The position numbers were made by a program, and so were the translations under genes. The notes below the pieces were generated by a model. It saw only the letters and a program-made list of their open reading frames with translations, was not told the DNA's origin and searched no databases. Shown here in pieces: positions 1 through 13,751 of a DNA stretch of 64,000 nt; position 1 is the stretch's first letter; every line of letters starts with the position of its first letter. Source of the DNA: Lytechinus pictus (Eukaryota); assembly GCF_037042905.1 (NCBI RefSeq), contig NC_087258.1, positions 558,001-622,000 of the forward strand, written 5' to 3'.

Positions 1-1722
1 TTAATTGAATATTTTTGATATATTTACCAGAGTTACAATTCTATATATTTCTTTTTCTTTGAGTTATTTCTTTCGACAAACTGTAATTGAAGTATTGAAG
101 AGTATATAGGCTGTTATGCCTGCTGATCATGATAGAATGTGGATTATTTTGCTGATTCATTAGATCTTAACATGTGTTCTTTAAATTTGGTAATTTGGGT
201 ACATGTTAGAAACACAGGCATTGTGCATTCAGATGCACATTGTGGAAATGAGATTCAGTATTCCTTGCAGCTAAGAAAGGTTTTGAAAATGACACTACTC
301 TCAATTACATGTATACTGTGTCCATAGTTGCGAGTGTGTGAAAATGAAGGTGTTTGCAGTCATTAAAGTGTAGTTTTGGTTGGAAAACGTTAATAAAACT
401 GTCGAGAACGTACAGTATTCATGATTTCATTTATCTCATGTTCTGATCAGTAAATCAAATAAAAAATGATAATGACAAGAACTTGTTAAGTTTATCCTTC
501 TATTTCAATCCCATGAATAAACAGAAATCGCGATATTCAGAAATAATAAGTCATACACCTCCTTTTTTCCTCAAGCTCTCACTCACTCCCCCTCTTTCTC
601 TCTCTCTTTCCCTCCATAATCCTTTTCACAATCATGTTTGTTTGATTTCCGCATAAGCAAAACGACGACGACAATGGTAATGATGGTGATGATGAAGATG
701 CTGATAATGATGCTGATGATGATAATGGTGGTACAATGATAATGATAATAAGTGCATGAACACACGTTTTCTTCTCATATAGTTCATTCTTGGAAAATAC
801 ATAGGCGGCCATATACACATGAAGGTATATCATTTATAGAAGAAAATCTTGTTTGATTGATTTCTTTTTTGTTGTTGAAACTACGTGTAAAATTATATCC
901 CCCATCAACAACAAATTGTTACTTATATTATAACATCATAATGAATATAATTCGACTATTGGCGGACCATATTTAGATTTAGATTTATTCATTTTCCGTT
1001 CACAAAGCACAACAAAATCAAAGTAACAATACATAGTCAAATTTAAAGTACAATATCAATCGGAATAATGCACAAGAATTAGAACGTATAAACAATGAGA
1101 ACTAATGCAAACTAAAGTAACCTTGACTAATAACTATATAAAACAGAACATATGGATTTTATTTTTGGATTATTTCTAAAAATTTAATTATCCTTTTTCT
1201 ATCAGTGAAGAAAACAATCATGATCAACATAAAACAAAAAAGCAACTCACTATTCTATATTATCATAATCTAAAAACCTACGGTGTATTTGATGTGGATG
1301 AGGAGACCAAAGCACCGTGTATAAGAGAGGATATGGAAACAAGAGTGGAGGGGTGTGCCGAGAAGGTGACATAACATGTAGCCTTTCACAAGTTTGTATT
1401 TTCGTGAATATTAATTTTTACTTACTGAATGTCTTGGTAATGTTTGTGCGGGACAAAATTTGCCGACAGTAAACATTTTGCGTGACTACAGTACAGCTTT
1501 TCGACAAATAAGGTGGGGTACCGTTGAATTTCACCTGGAGCAAACATCTCCACTTCGGAGCATATTTCGCCAGAGCGAATTTGACGCTAAGAATGGGGAA
1601 TATCGATCTAAGTTTGTTGTACTGTTATAATAATTGCATGAAAACGCGATTTTTTTTCCATTTTAATTACCAGGCACGTAATAAAACTTACACAAATGCA
1701 AATTAAGAATATCTATCCTCCT

Positions 1723-1880
1723 GGGGAGCGTTTCATCAAGATTTTCGTCCGACAAGTTGTCAGATCTGACATCTTTCCTTGATTTTGATTGGCTGTGAGG
1801 CACTGTTACTATGGTAACTGTCGGATAAAACAGGACTTGTCGGATAAAACTCCGACAAGTCCTTTCATGAAACGCTCCCC
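1723..1880. mobile_element. MITE with GGGGAGCGTTTCAT terminal inverted repeats
   Basis: TIR pair visible; second copy in opposite orientation at about 15475-15631. Confidence 0.75.
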
Positions 1881-1881
1881 C

Positions 1882-2312
1882 GATGTCGGCGGAGCAAATA
1901 TTGACGGAGCAGATGTCGGCGGAGCAATTGTCGCGGAGCAATTATCGGCGGAGCAATTGTCGTATAATCGGAGCAGATGTCGGCGGAGCAATTATCGGCG
2001 GAGCAATTGTCGCGAAGCAATTGTCGTATAATCGGAGCAGATGTCGGCGGAGCAATTATCGGCGGAGCAATTGTCGGCGGAACAATTTTCGGCGGAGCAG
2101 ATGTCGACGGAGCAAATATCGGCGGAGCAAATATCGGCGGAGCAATTGTCGGCGGAGCAAGTGTCGACGGAGCAAATATCGGCGGAGCAAGTGTCGGCGG
2201 AGCAACTGTCGGCGGAGCAACTGTCCGGAGCAATTGTCGGCGGAGCAGTTGTCGTATTTTGCGTAGCAATTGTCGGCGGAGCAAATGTCGGCGGAGCAGT
2301 TGTCATGGAACC
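1882..2312. repeat. 15-bp tandem array (TCGGCGGAGCAATTG) ending in a TCATGGAACCG transposon-like terminus
   Basis: More than 20 units; a related element with the complementary end CGGTTCCATGA starts at about 15290. Confidence 0.85.
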
Positions 2313-5300
2313 GTGCGGTGGTGTGTATAGACTCTTCACTAGTCGCTTTGTAGCTATTTTTGCGAAGATTGCCTTCGCCAGGGTGTAAAACGGAAACGCG
2401 CACCCCGCGCGGGAATTGTCGCCGGGGAAAATGTTGGGTCACCGGGCCGGTTGGGGGGGGGGGGCATGTGTGCCGATGGAGCAACGGGGGCACTGATACA
2501 CAACACAAATTAACTCTTACTCTGCCAGGCTCAATACCCCTCTACTGCCAGGGATATTCGAGGGAATCCTAAATTGACCGAAACGTGAGCAGCGACTGAT
2601 TTAAAAACGGTCATAATTCTTTACCCGTACGTTGTATAAGAAAACCTTCTACACATGAAATGATGCATGGTTCATGGGCTTTATGGTCGTGTTATTATCT
2701 TTCATATTCGCGTCTGGAAAAATGGAGAAAATATGTAATATTTTACATCGTTTTTTTTTTCAATAAGTAAAACCTAGAAAATTATGATTTCATAAACATT
2801 TTAAAGAGTAAATAACCTGAGGAATTGTAGAGATACCAAGAAATTAAGAAGATAAAATGAAAGTTCAATGTTTACCCTTTCAAATGACGTATCTATTGAT
2901 GAAATTGAACAAACAGAAATAACGAAAAATAATGCTCTTTTGAATAAAATACTATTTTGCTATTCAAGTTATTTCCTCTGAAGTATGAGAGAGTATGTTT
3001 ATACACACGCAATTGAAAGCGACCTTTTCCAAAAAAGGGCATTGTCGTCGATCAAGTGACCAAACACAGCACAGCTGCGATCCCCACGCAAACACACACA
3101 ATAATATATTAGAGCCATGTGTCTTCAAAGTGCGGCCAACCGTACACTTTCATTCGTGTAGTCTTCAAAATAAGACTCTGTAATTTTTTTTATTCGTAGT
3201 GTAACAAACAAAGTTATTGCCAGTTAGAAGGAGACAAAATATAAAAGAACTAAAGATGATATATTGAAATATAGATAAAGAGGGGTCGGACAGATTCAAT
3301 ACTTACAAGTTTGGGGTATAAAATCCCACAAAATAATACGGGCGTTCTTGGCAAAGTGCACAGAAGTAAGAAAAAAAAAGTGTTCGTGAATCAAAGAAGA
3401 GGGAATGCAGATCAATTACAAACAAAAAAAGTCAATACAAATTTTCAAAAAGAAAATAGGCCTATTTGTTCTGTATTACTGGTCTGACCAAAGTAGCCAC
3501 CTGTTAAAATTCTACGCGACTACATCCTTTTGTTCATGCCCCCAAGTCATGAACAATAGATGCCCAGACTCTCTTTCATGAGGAATCTCTAATCCGCGCT
3601 CCCTCCTGACCTATTATCTACATGATCTAGGAGAGTAATTTAGCACAGGATGTTCATAGAAATCGGGGCTTACGCGCGTCTTTTGATTTGACTTTTGAAT
3701 ACTTTCAAGGGTTCCGGTATTGATTTCTTATGGGGGACCCAGGTAAAGAGAAAAAAATTTGCCCCCTACAGAAAAATCCTGCATCCGCCCAGGGCCTCCC
3801 CAGCTTGTAGCACTATCCGTGGTAAAAGAAATAATTTGTTCAGATAACATAGTGTACAATAATATGCGTGGTATAAAGAAATGTAATATTCAACCCGTTA
3901 TCATCGTTATCATTTTCATTTCTACTCTCTAAAGTCGTTTTAAAATCCCCTTGATAGTGACGTCAATGATGCAGCAACTAACAGGTCGGTCTGATCGGTT
4001 TTGTTAATGTATCCCTTTCTTTCTTTTCCTCAAAACATCTGATATTACTGTGTATACTCCGTTTACTTTTTCTCTGAACAATGGTTTGATTAAGCAAAGG
4101 AAAAACATCCACCTTGAAAAAAATAAATCTTGAGACGAATAAAGCGATATTATCGGCCGTTTTAATCATCACATTTTTTTTTTGCTTCTTCCTATTTTAT
4201 TAGAGGAGAATATTGAACGATCCATATTTTTGTGATAAGTTTGAATATGATATTGATAATGCATAACAAAGTCAGTTATTCATTGTTTTAAATGGTTTGG
4301 GCTATAAAAACACAAACGAATATGAACCGTCATTTACCTGATCTTAAGTTTATGAAGAGAGAGTTTGGCTGCAGAAGGAATGCAATTGATATGATTACAA
4401 TTATTTTTGAATAATAATCATAATGATGATTATGATGGCAATAACATTAATACTAATAAGAGAAAGGTGAAGGAGAAGAATAATGATAATAATGATAATA
4501 ATAATAACAATAACAATAATGATAATAATGATTACGATAATATTAATACTACTACTAATAATAATAATAGCAATAATAAATGAATAAATAAATAATGAGT
4601 GTGATGATTGCAGTGCGACGAGAGTTGGAAATGACAGCCTTCTTTACTCATATATTTATAACGAGAGCAATTTTGTGAGAATGCTAAAAAAACAAAGTAT
4701 AAGACCTTTCCCCCCGCCCCCCCCCCCCTCCCCCAAACCTTGCACATTTGCAGGCAGAAAAAAGCCTTGACACAAGAATACTACCATACCGGCCTGCAAA
4801 AGACCCGATCGATAGCTCATGAATATTCATAAAAAAAATAGCGAATGGGCGAGTAGCGTTGGGTGAGAGACATCGTACCGCTCTGTCATTGGTCAATTCC
4901 GAGCTGAATGCCTTCGCACACTCACCTTTGCTCTGCCCATAGAAGTACGTGTATTGCTACACACAACCTTTATATCACACGTGTCTATAGGGGAAATCTT
5001 GATTCAGATCGCGGCAATATCCGAAATCAACTCTTCAAAATAATGATGCAAAAATGCAATTTTACTCAAAAAATGCCTATGTAAACCACTATTATTTATA
5101 TGACAAAATCAATTGTGAATTCCTTGCCAATTATAACAACATAAAAAACACAGAATATGGTGTTGATTTTCTGGCTGTAAAATTGGTTAAACAAAAAAAA
5201 AGTTACTTGGGCAACTATAGCTGCCAATGGCACTAGAGGCCTATGGGCAACTATAGCTGCCAACGGCTCTTAAAGAGTTTTTAAACAGCAAAACTAGGGG

Positions 5301-6619
5301 TAGGGTGATACTGAAGAACAATTCATTTGAAACTTGAACACTGTAAACTTGGCAGAGTTGCATTTTTTTGTCATGCACCCCGGGTACTTTAATTCTTTGT
5401 AACGGACCCAGGTATACAGGGCAGCGTCAGACCGCCAAAGTCACGCCATTTTCCCTCTTAATTCTTTTTGCATTTTATTTTTTCAATACTTGAAAACTTC
5501 GAACGAAGAATAGGAAGTTTAGAAAAAAAATATGTATAGGCCTTTCAGAGCTTCAATCAGATCTGCAATGAGGAGAGGTAATTTTGATAGGCATCCAATT
5601 AATTTTTAGAATTTATGTTTGCTGCCAGTAGACCGAACATTCAACTTGACATCTGTAATATATAGTCGTGGGCTCTGCATGCAATGATTGTTGTGACAAA
5701 TCTGACGGGTAGTAATTGAATTTAATAAATTTCCTTTTCTCCACAAAATTAGAGCATTGTAATAATAATCTTTGTGTCCCACAAAGAAAATAGTAATAGC
5801 AAGGGAAGCAAATTTCCTCGAAACAGCTCTTGTAAAGATTAATCAAACAAAATGTTATGCTCAATAAAACAAAACAAGAAGGATACAATAAAACAGATAA
5901 GGGAACAATAAATAAAGGAGCAGGAATTAGACCATTTAGACTGCGTATATAATGAAGAATTACATAACACAGTCCAAGCTTCAAAGCACAGTATACCGAT
6001 AACTCGTATGGCTTTCTGCAATTCTTTAAAGCACGGAACAATATGCGATCATAAGTCTCCAAACAATGAAATAAAATTGATGTGTAAATGATAATACTTA
6101 GCTTAATTGAATCGATATATCACTCAGGTTTATGCATTGGATTCTGCATTCCACCAGGCATGCACTTCCGCTTTTGTGGAGATGTCGAAATGCCAGAAAA
6201 ATTGAAGAGGGTAGCGAAACGGGGCATTAGATTCAATTCCAGTGGGAAAAATATATTTCACAAGACATACGATTGCATATTTTATAAAGCATTGCATTAT
6301 CATACATGAAATTATAGAGTGGTAAAAACTAAATCTGACTATAATCTGTCACAGTTATCAAAGTATTCATATACTATAGGTTGCGTTCTTTGCTCGCTCG
6401 AATGTAATTCAAAAGTTAGTTCGGTATTGTTCATTACATAAACATGTATTTTTATGGTCAAAATTAGTCGTTATTAAAATACCATGAAAATATTCTTCTC
6501 TCGCTCGCTTCACTCGCGTATCAGGTGGTATCAGAAAGGTGTAAAAAAAAACCACTCAAATCACCAAATAAAAAGCTCGCTATTGTTGGCCCTACTGGAT
6601 CAGGGATGCCCTAACATAC

Positions 6620-6763
6620 CTTATCGAAATATTCTGCAAACTCATCATATACTCGCTCGACTTCTCCATGGTCCTTCATGGTGTGCAATGCTCTTACTTT
6701 CTTAACTTTCCATTGAACATTGCTCTCATCACATCTTCTACCATTCCACAAACTTTCAGTCAT
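6620..6763 (-). CDS. Isolated exon resembling the N-terminus of METTL27 (WBSCR27)-like SAM methyltransferases
   Basis: KVRALHTMKDHGEVERVYDEFAEYFDK then AAG/gtatgt donor. Aligns ungapped by eye with recalled human RVRAAHGIPDLAQKLHFYDRWAPDYDQ. Downstream exons not found in window. Confidence 0.45.
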
Positions 6764-6984
6764 GATTCCATCCAACAGTTCCTGATTCGATATGCCAATT
6801 GCGCCTATCAAATGTAGGTATATACAACAATATATTGGGACTCTGAATCATTGATGTTTACCAGAGCTAAATTGACCACTGACGATCCGAGATAACGCGA
6901 TATGAATGTTTATCAGGAACGTCGATCGCTCATACCACCGGACCCTGGGAGTTTTTTTTTTTTTTTTTACTGGGGTACTGATTT

Positions 6985-7142
6985 AAATTTGACAAGCAAA
7001 AAAAAAAGTTTTCACTTCAGACTTAAAGTTATTTCTGTCGCTGGAAATTTGACAAGCAAAAGAAAAAAGGGGTTTCACTTCAGATTTAAAGTTATTTCTG
7101 TCGCTGGAAATTTGACAAGCAAAAGAAAGAAGGGGTTTCACT
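6985..7142. repeat. About 2.5 tandem copies of a 60-63 bp unit
   Basis: AAATTTGACAAGCAAAA recurs at 6985, 7045 and 7108. Confidence 0.8.
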
Positions 7143-8491
7143 ACAAAATATAGCTCATTTGGCTTACATTTCTCATTTTTAACACCAACCGGAATTCTTG
7201 GGGGTGCTGCCTAGAACAATACACGCAGCACCCCCACGGAAAATCGAATTTCCTATATGCTTAGAACTCCGAAACCAAGTAGATTATTCTGCCCATATCA
7301 AGCCATCAGCATCGGAGACAGTGGCTGATGCATAATTATGTGTACTACACCTTTCCAATATTATGGACACTTACACTATTATAACTGATCATGTATTATT
7401 CACACTAACCATAACTGATACCAAAATGAATTGACTTTCCATAAAAATGAAGAATAATTAATGTTGGCATAAACTTAGTTATTTTTTTATTTTGTGTGCA
7501 TAATACCGTAATTGAATACCTGAACTTAGTTTTCACTTTTCAGAGTGATAATGTTCAAAAGACACAATAATAACAATAATCACGGTCACCTGCTCATGCT
7601 CAGCTTTGAATCAACTTATCGCTACATTTTAATAAACGATTTCGTACTATATTAGATTCCATTACATGATAGAAGATGACTAACTGCTTGATGTGTTTCC
7701 TGTCATATTAACTAATTTTATCTTTCACTGGTCTCTCTCATTACTATTGCTAAATGGTAATGTTTTATTGAAAAGTCATTCACAGCCAAAGGCTAAATTG
7801 CAGAATCTTAATAAAAAAATAAAAATTACAACAATATATAATAATCGAGTGCATAGTGACACAATGCTTAGGTATTTAACATATTATACTAGTTCTAATA
7901 ACAATCTTGCCTAAATAGATGGATACGGGATTCTTTTATCATATGTTATCAAAATTAATATAGACAGTTGGCTTTTTCATACATAAAATGAGAATATTTA
8001 TTTAAAATACACACGCCAAATTTATCAAGCAACACTAAAAATCATATAAGTAGGTTGAGCAGAAGTGAAAGGGGAGCAGAGATAGAACAGAAATGCGAGA
8101 AAGGAAAAAGAGAGAGATGAGGAGAGAGATGGGCAGATAGAGAGAGAGGGGGAGAGAAAGGGGGAGAGGAGCAGAATGTCGAAAGAAAAAAAGTAACGAA
8201 CATTATGAATGAAGTAAAAGCATCAAATTGTAAGGCTGCAAAATTTTTACGCTAGAAAAAAAAATTGAAGAATTTGAAAGTAAAATATTATCCAAAATAC
8301 GTATAAGTATAGTGGTCCAGATTGTTATTAATATACTCATTGTTGATTAATAACAAATGTCATAAGAAAAAAAATAGTAGTATCTACAACAATGAAGAGA
8401 GAGAGAGGGAGAGATATAGAGAGACGGATAGAGAAAGGCAAACAGCAGGAAGAAAGGAGTTGCAAAGAAGGGAAAGGAATAAAACACAGAA

Positions 8492-8778
8492 CATAGGCGG
8501 CGGAAGCGGGGGAGGGGACCTGTCTCCCCCCTACATTTGAGGTGGGAGGATGTCCCCCCCCCTAAATATTTTGATAACCTTCTTTTTTTTTTTTTTGCTT
8601 GTCAATTTTGTTTCCTGCGTCCCCCCCCCTAAATTCAGGTGGACCCCCCCTAAAATGTTTGTGTCCCCCCTAAAATTTAGGTTGATAACCTTTTTTTTTT
8701 GCTTGCAAATTTTTTTACCTGTGTCCATCCCCAAATTTCAGGTGGACCCCCTAATTTTTTTGGCTTCCGCCGCCAGTG
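8492..8778. mobile_element. hAT-like MITE
   Basis: TIRs CATAGGCGGCGGAAGC / GCTTCCGCCGCCAGTG; 8-bp flanks ACACAGAA / ACACAGAG. Confidence 0.75.
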
Positions 8779-8945
8779 ACACAGAGAGACCATTAGAGTT
8801 TTTAAATTTAATTAAAGTACATTGAATTATCTCGAGGATACTTTAAATTCCAACGTCGCTCTTAAAAATATCCATATACGTCATGCAAGTAGAAGAATGA
8901 TGACTGCAAATGATATCGTAAGATGAGAATAAACAAAGTAATATA

Positions 8946-9752
8946 CAGTGCGTATCAAAAAAACAAAACGGGACAGTTTTGAAAAGTCTATAAAAAATTT
9001 GTTTCAAATTATGATGTCTATATTTTGATGTTAATATATGCTATATGGCATAAAATTAGAAAATATTGGTCATCAGACTTCTTGCTAGTCTTTATTCAAC
9101 TTGCTCTCATTTCTTAATTTCTGCATCAATTATGTTCATGTTTGGTAAATATGAGCCTTGAGTATTATCACATGTGTCTACACGGACTATGAGGATGATC
9201 AGGTTTAAGATCAACTATAGGGATCAAAAGGTCAAATGATATTTGGTCATGTCCATCTTTTCTTTTGAAGTTTTTGTTCAACAAGCTCTCCCATTAATCA
9301 TAATGCGAGTCCCCTTACTGGGTTCATTTTGTTAGCTTTTACTTATGACAAAACAAACTGCTGAAAGATACAAAAAAAAAAAAAAACAACAGAACAATGT
9401 AAATAAATGATTAGAATTCGAAAAAAATGGCAGAGATAAGATAATGAAAAGATTTTAAAGAGGTTTGCTGATTAGATTCATATTTATTTCCAACAGAAAA
9501 TAAAGAACAAGCAATTAGCAAGAAGTCTGATGATTAATGTCTTATGCAAATTGACGCAAGCCTTTTTTTAACCCTTGAAAAAAAACGTTTCGTCTTCGCT
9601 CAATCATCCATGAACGAAACTCATTTTTTAAAATGGCATTTAAAAGATAAGACATAAACGCATCTTTTAACATCAAAATATAGACGTCATGATTTAAAAC
9701 AAAATTTTGATATACTTTTCAAAACTGTCCCGTATTTTTTTTATACGCACTG
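8946..9752. mobile_element. Tc1/mariner-like non-autonomous element
   Basis: TA-CAGTGCGTAT...ATACGCACTG-TA with about 90-bp imperfect TIRs. Confidence 0.8.
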
Positions 9753-9925
9753 TATAACGAAATTCTTGGAAAATACAATCTTAATGGAAATAAATGGATA
9801 TTCATTAATGAAATAAAAACAGTAAAGTCATTTCAGCGACGGTTCTTGCCAAGTCACTCAAAAAGAAACACATATGATAAAGTCAGAAGGGTACACCACT
9901 CTCGGTCGTAACCTTTTTTTTTTAA

Positions 9926-10455
9926 ACGGGAAGTTTACCCTGAAGAAAATTTTGTAAAAATAGAAAAAAAAAATATATATAGGTGAAGGTTTGAGGAAAA
10001 TCCATTAAAGATTAAGAAAGTTATTAAAATCTTAACTTTTGGATTTGTGACGTCATAAAGCAGCTGCCCCATATGTTATGTAGTATAAAATGCATAAATT
10101 TCATTATTTTAATGACTCGTGAAATGGTTTGTCTATGTTTTTTTTAATCAAATTTACTTTGTTTCATTTTCACAGAACAAAATAAAATTGTTGTAAACGA
10201 TTAAAATGTCTAATGATATACTGAAGGGAACAATAAAAGCCATTGTCAATTTTCTGAGAAAATGAGATTTCATTGATCTTTTAAACATATGGAATGTAGT
10301 AAAGCTCCTGGCATATGACGTCACAAATCAAATTATTAAAATTCAAATAACTTTTTATCCTTTGATGGAGTTTTCTTAAACCTTTGGCAATATTCTTTTT
10401 AATCATTTTTTCTGCTATTTTTGCAACAATTTGTTGTCAGGGTAAAGTTCCCCTT
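9926..10455. mobile_element. TTAA-type non-autonomous DNA transposon
   Basis: Ends GGGAAGTTTACCCTGA / TCAGGGTAAAGTTCCCC; internal inverted ATTTGTGACGTCATA / TATGACGTCACAAAT. Confidence 0.65.
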
Positions 10456-11068
10456 CAAAGCTCATTTGGTAGTCACACTTTTCTATTCGCTTGGCAACAT
10501 GAAAATACTACTCAGCATAGCATAACATTGCAATATATTTTCAAATATGCATTGTTTGTAAAAAAATACTAACATAATGAATCAATAAAATAGTAAATAC
10601 TATAATGACAAAGTATATGTTACCATAATTATTTATTGGTGAGACACACGTACATGACTAAAACTTAGCATCTTGCATATTGTATAATCCATTTGGCACA
10701 CAAGAGTGAATTTAGAAAGCGATCATAAAATTATGGACTACCAAACCTAAAATTAGAAATTCCATCTTTGAGTTCAGCTATGAAAAAAAAGATATTCCAT
10801 CAACAACAAAATCACGCGGATTAATAATAATAACAAAAATAATAATAATAATAACAATGATAATAATAATAATAACAATGATAATAATAATAATAATAAG
10901 AGATGATTATACAGCACATACTATTCAACGGAATCTCTTTGCGCTTTATAGAAAAGTAATTTAGTTTAATAATAGTATACTAGGAATAAGAAACAAAAAA
11001 TAGATACTTAATTGAAAATTACCAAACTAACATTGTAACCTACCTTTCAGTTTATGTAAACAAGCATG

Positions 11069-12140
11069 CTGATTTGAATAAACGGAGAAAATCATGAAAA
11101 TCAAACAAGCATAACAGTGAAAATTTCATCAAAGTCGGATATAAAATAAGAAAGTTATGACATTTTTAAGGACAAGTCCACCCAAACAAAAAGTTGATTT
11201 GAATAAAAAGAAAAAAAATCCAACGAGCATATCACTGAAAATTTTATTAAAATCGGATGAAAAATAAGAAAGTTATGACATTTCTAAACTTCGCTTGATT
11301 TCAGAAAATAGTTATATGCACATTCCGGTCGGTATGCAAATGAGGAAACTGATGACATCACTCACTCACTATTTTTTTTTGTATTTTATCATATGAAATA
11401 TGAAATATTCTAGTTTTCTCCTCATTGTCCTGTGAAACAAAGTTTTATTTCTCCCTGAACATGTGGAATTACCATTGTTCAATATTTTATTGTTCAGTCA
11501 AGTTGGTCCTTCTGGTCAAATCTGTAAAAATCGAAATATTGTATAATTCAAACAATAAAAAACAAAATAAATAGTGAGTGAGGGACATCATCGATTCTCT
11601 TGCTTGTCTGATTTTTCTCTTTTGATTCAAATCAACATTTTTCTGGGGTGGACTTGACCTTTATAGTTTCGCTTAATTTTACAAAACAGTTGTATGCACA
11701 TCCTGGTCGTTATGCAAATAAACATACTGATGACGTCACACACTCACTATTTCTTTTGTATTTTACTATATGAAACATGAACAATTATAATTTACTCCTC
11801 ATTGTCATGTGACACAAAATTATAATCCTCCCTGAACATGTAGAATTGCCATTATTTCAACAGTTTATGGTTAAGTCAAGTTGATCCTTATTTTCAAATC
11901 TGTAAAAATTGAAATATTGTATAATTCAAACAATAAAAAAAGAAAAAGAAATAGTGAGTGAGGGACATAATCAACTCTCTCATTTACATATCACTGAGTT
12001 GTGCATATGAATGTTTTATGCAAAATAGGCGGAACTTAAAAGTATTATAACTTTTTTATTTTACATCTGATTTTGATGAAATTTTGATTTTTCTCTGCCC
12101 ATTCAAATAAAAAAAATTTCTGAGGTGGGCTTGACCTTTA
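11069..12140. mobile_element. Two nested copies of a TTAA-flanked (Kolobok-like) element; inner copy about 11169-11661
   Basis: Inner TIRs AGGACAAGTCCACCC / GGGTGGACTTGACCT; the outer copy resumes after the insertion and ends GGTGGGCTTGACCTTTAA. Confidence 0.7.
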
Positions 12141-12796
12141 AAGGACGATTCCATTCCGATAAAAGGTTGCATGATTTAAATAAAAAAGAGAAAAATTCAA
12201 CAAGCATAACAAAGTACATGTGCTGCTGACTGACTGAAAATTGGAATAATTATGATTTATAGATGGTTTCGAGTATTCCCCTATTTATATTTCTGCTATT
12301 TAACACATGTATGTTTCCAGGGGGTGCTGTCGATGGTAAATAACACACGCAACACCCCCAGCATCTCCACTTCCCAGAGCCATAAAGAGCGGGTGGTGTA
12401 CTTCTCAGTTTCATCATTTTATTAATGGTGTCACGCGCGTAAAACATTCCCCATAGACTTGTGTGTTAAAATGGAACATTAGAAAAATTCATAAAAAAAT
12501 AAACGTGAAATTAGAGGGTCGAATGTTTACTACCAGTGGATAGGATATCTGACATTCCATACCTGACCAGAGAAGGGTATCGTAGCCAGCTCATTTTAAA
12601 AATAAATCGCCATTTATGAAGATAACTTTGATTGGATCAAATTTATCAACTGAAACAGTACAATAGCCCTAATTCTTCCGCCAGTCAAAAAATAGTTCCA
12701 AAGTCATTATATATCTTCCCAATTTGAGCAAAGGAAGTTAAGTAAATACCATTTCTAGAATTAGTGTTAGATTTTCAATTATATTCATACACTTTT

Positions 12797-13580
12797 GTCA
12801 ATCAGCAATATCAAATTGAAAAAAAAAATCAAATGGGGTTGGGTCGAACGAATATATTTAGCCCTCCTGTTGTAATTAGGCTCATAGAACCTTAATAGTC
12901 AAAACGAACCACCAGCACCAGGACTCAGAAGAGGGCGCTGTTTCCAAAAACTGTATTTGCTGTTGGTATGCAGGACTTAAACGCAAGGCATGAATGACAA
13001 CTGGGCGTTGTGGCGTGCGCCTGTAATCCAAGCTATGCGGGGATGTTACAAATTGATGCAGAGGTTCGAGCCCTGGTCACGTCTTTCGGATGTGTTAAAG
13101 GTCGGTCCCAGACGTAAAAATTCATATCTGATTGATACACGTCTGACAAAACTCGAATACACACACACACACTTTTTTGTAGGTGCGGCACAGGATTCTT
13201 AATATCTTCTAGAACCATCAGCTCAGGTTGAAATCTCATATTTGTCAGGTTTTTAAAATAAAATGTTCATTTTTTTTGGTCAATCAGATCAGCAATATCA
13301 AATTGAAAAAAAATTAAATGGGGTTGGGTCGAACGAATATATGTAGCCCTCCTGTTGTAATTAGGCTCATAGAACCTAATAGTCAAAACGAACCACCAGC
13401 TCCAGGACTCAGAAGAGGGCGCTGTTTCCAAAAACTGTTTATGCTGTTGGTACGCAGGACTAAAACGCAAGGCATGACAACTCTTTTGTAAGTGCGGCAC
13501 AAGATTCTAAATATCTTTTTGAACCATCAGCTCAGGTTGAAATCTCATATTTGTCAGGTTTTTTAAATAAAATGTTCATT
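12797..13580. repeat. Local tandem duplication (12797-13270 and 13279-13580)
   Basis: Near-identical blocks; the second copy lacks about 170 bp. Confidence 0.85.
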
Positions 13581-13751
13581 GTTAGCAAATCAGAATTGAC
13601 AATCTAATTGATTTTCACCCGCTTAAACCAAGAGCCACTGTCTAAATGGTCTATGCCTGTCTTGTTATCGAGGGGCGGGCCATTTGAGTTCAAAGGAGAC
13701 ATACAGCGAGGCCTGATATCGGAGGATATCGTCAAATGATTATTGATAACA

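Noticed and set aside
579-833. His-, Ser- or Ile-rich ORFs (also near 17000 and 23000)
   Set aside because: Translations of (GAT)n/(CAT)n microsatellites.
1789-2508. Overlapping ORFs resembling pentapeptide-repeat proteins (SAEQL, GGAIV)
   Set aside because: Open in several frames on both strands because of a 15-bp DNA repeat; no splice context. Not a CRISPR array (no spacers, eukaryotic DNA).
4338-4368. 31-nt AG/GT-bounded candidate microexon
   Set aside because: Peptide PNSLFINLRS does not continue the methyltransferase pattern; no other support.
5613-6309. 149-aa ORF and neighbours, possible old LINE fragment
   Set aside because: Too degenerate to assign; no intact motif.
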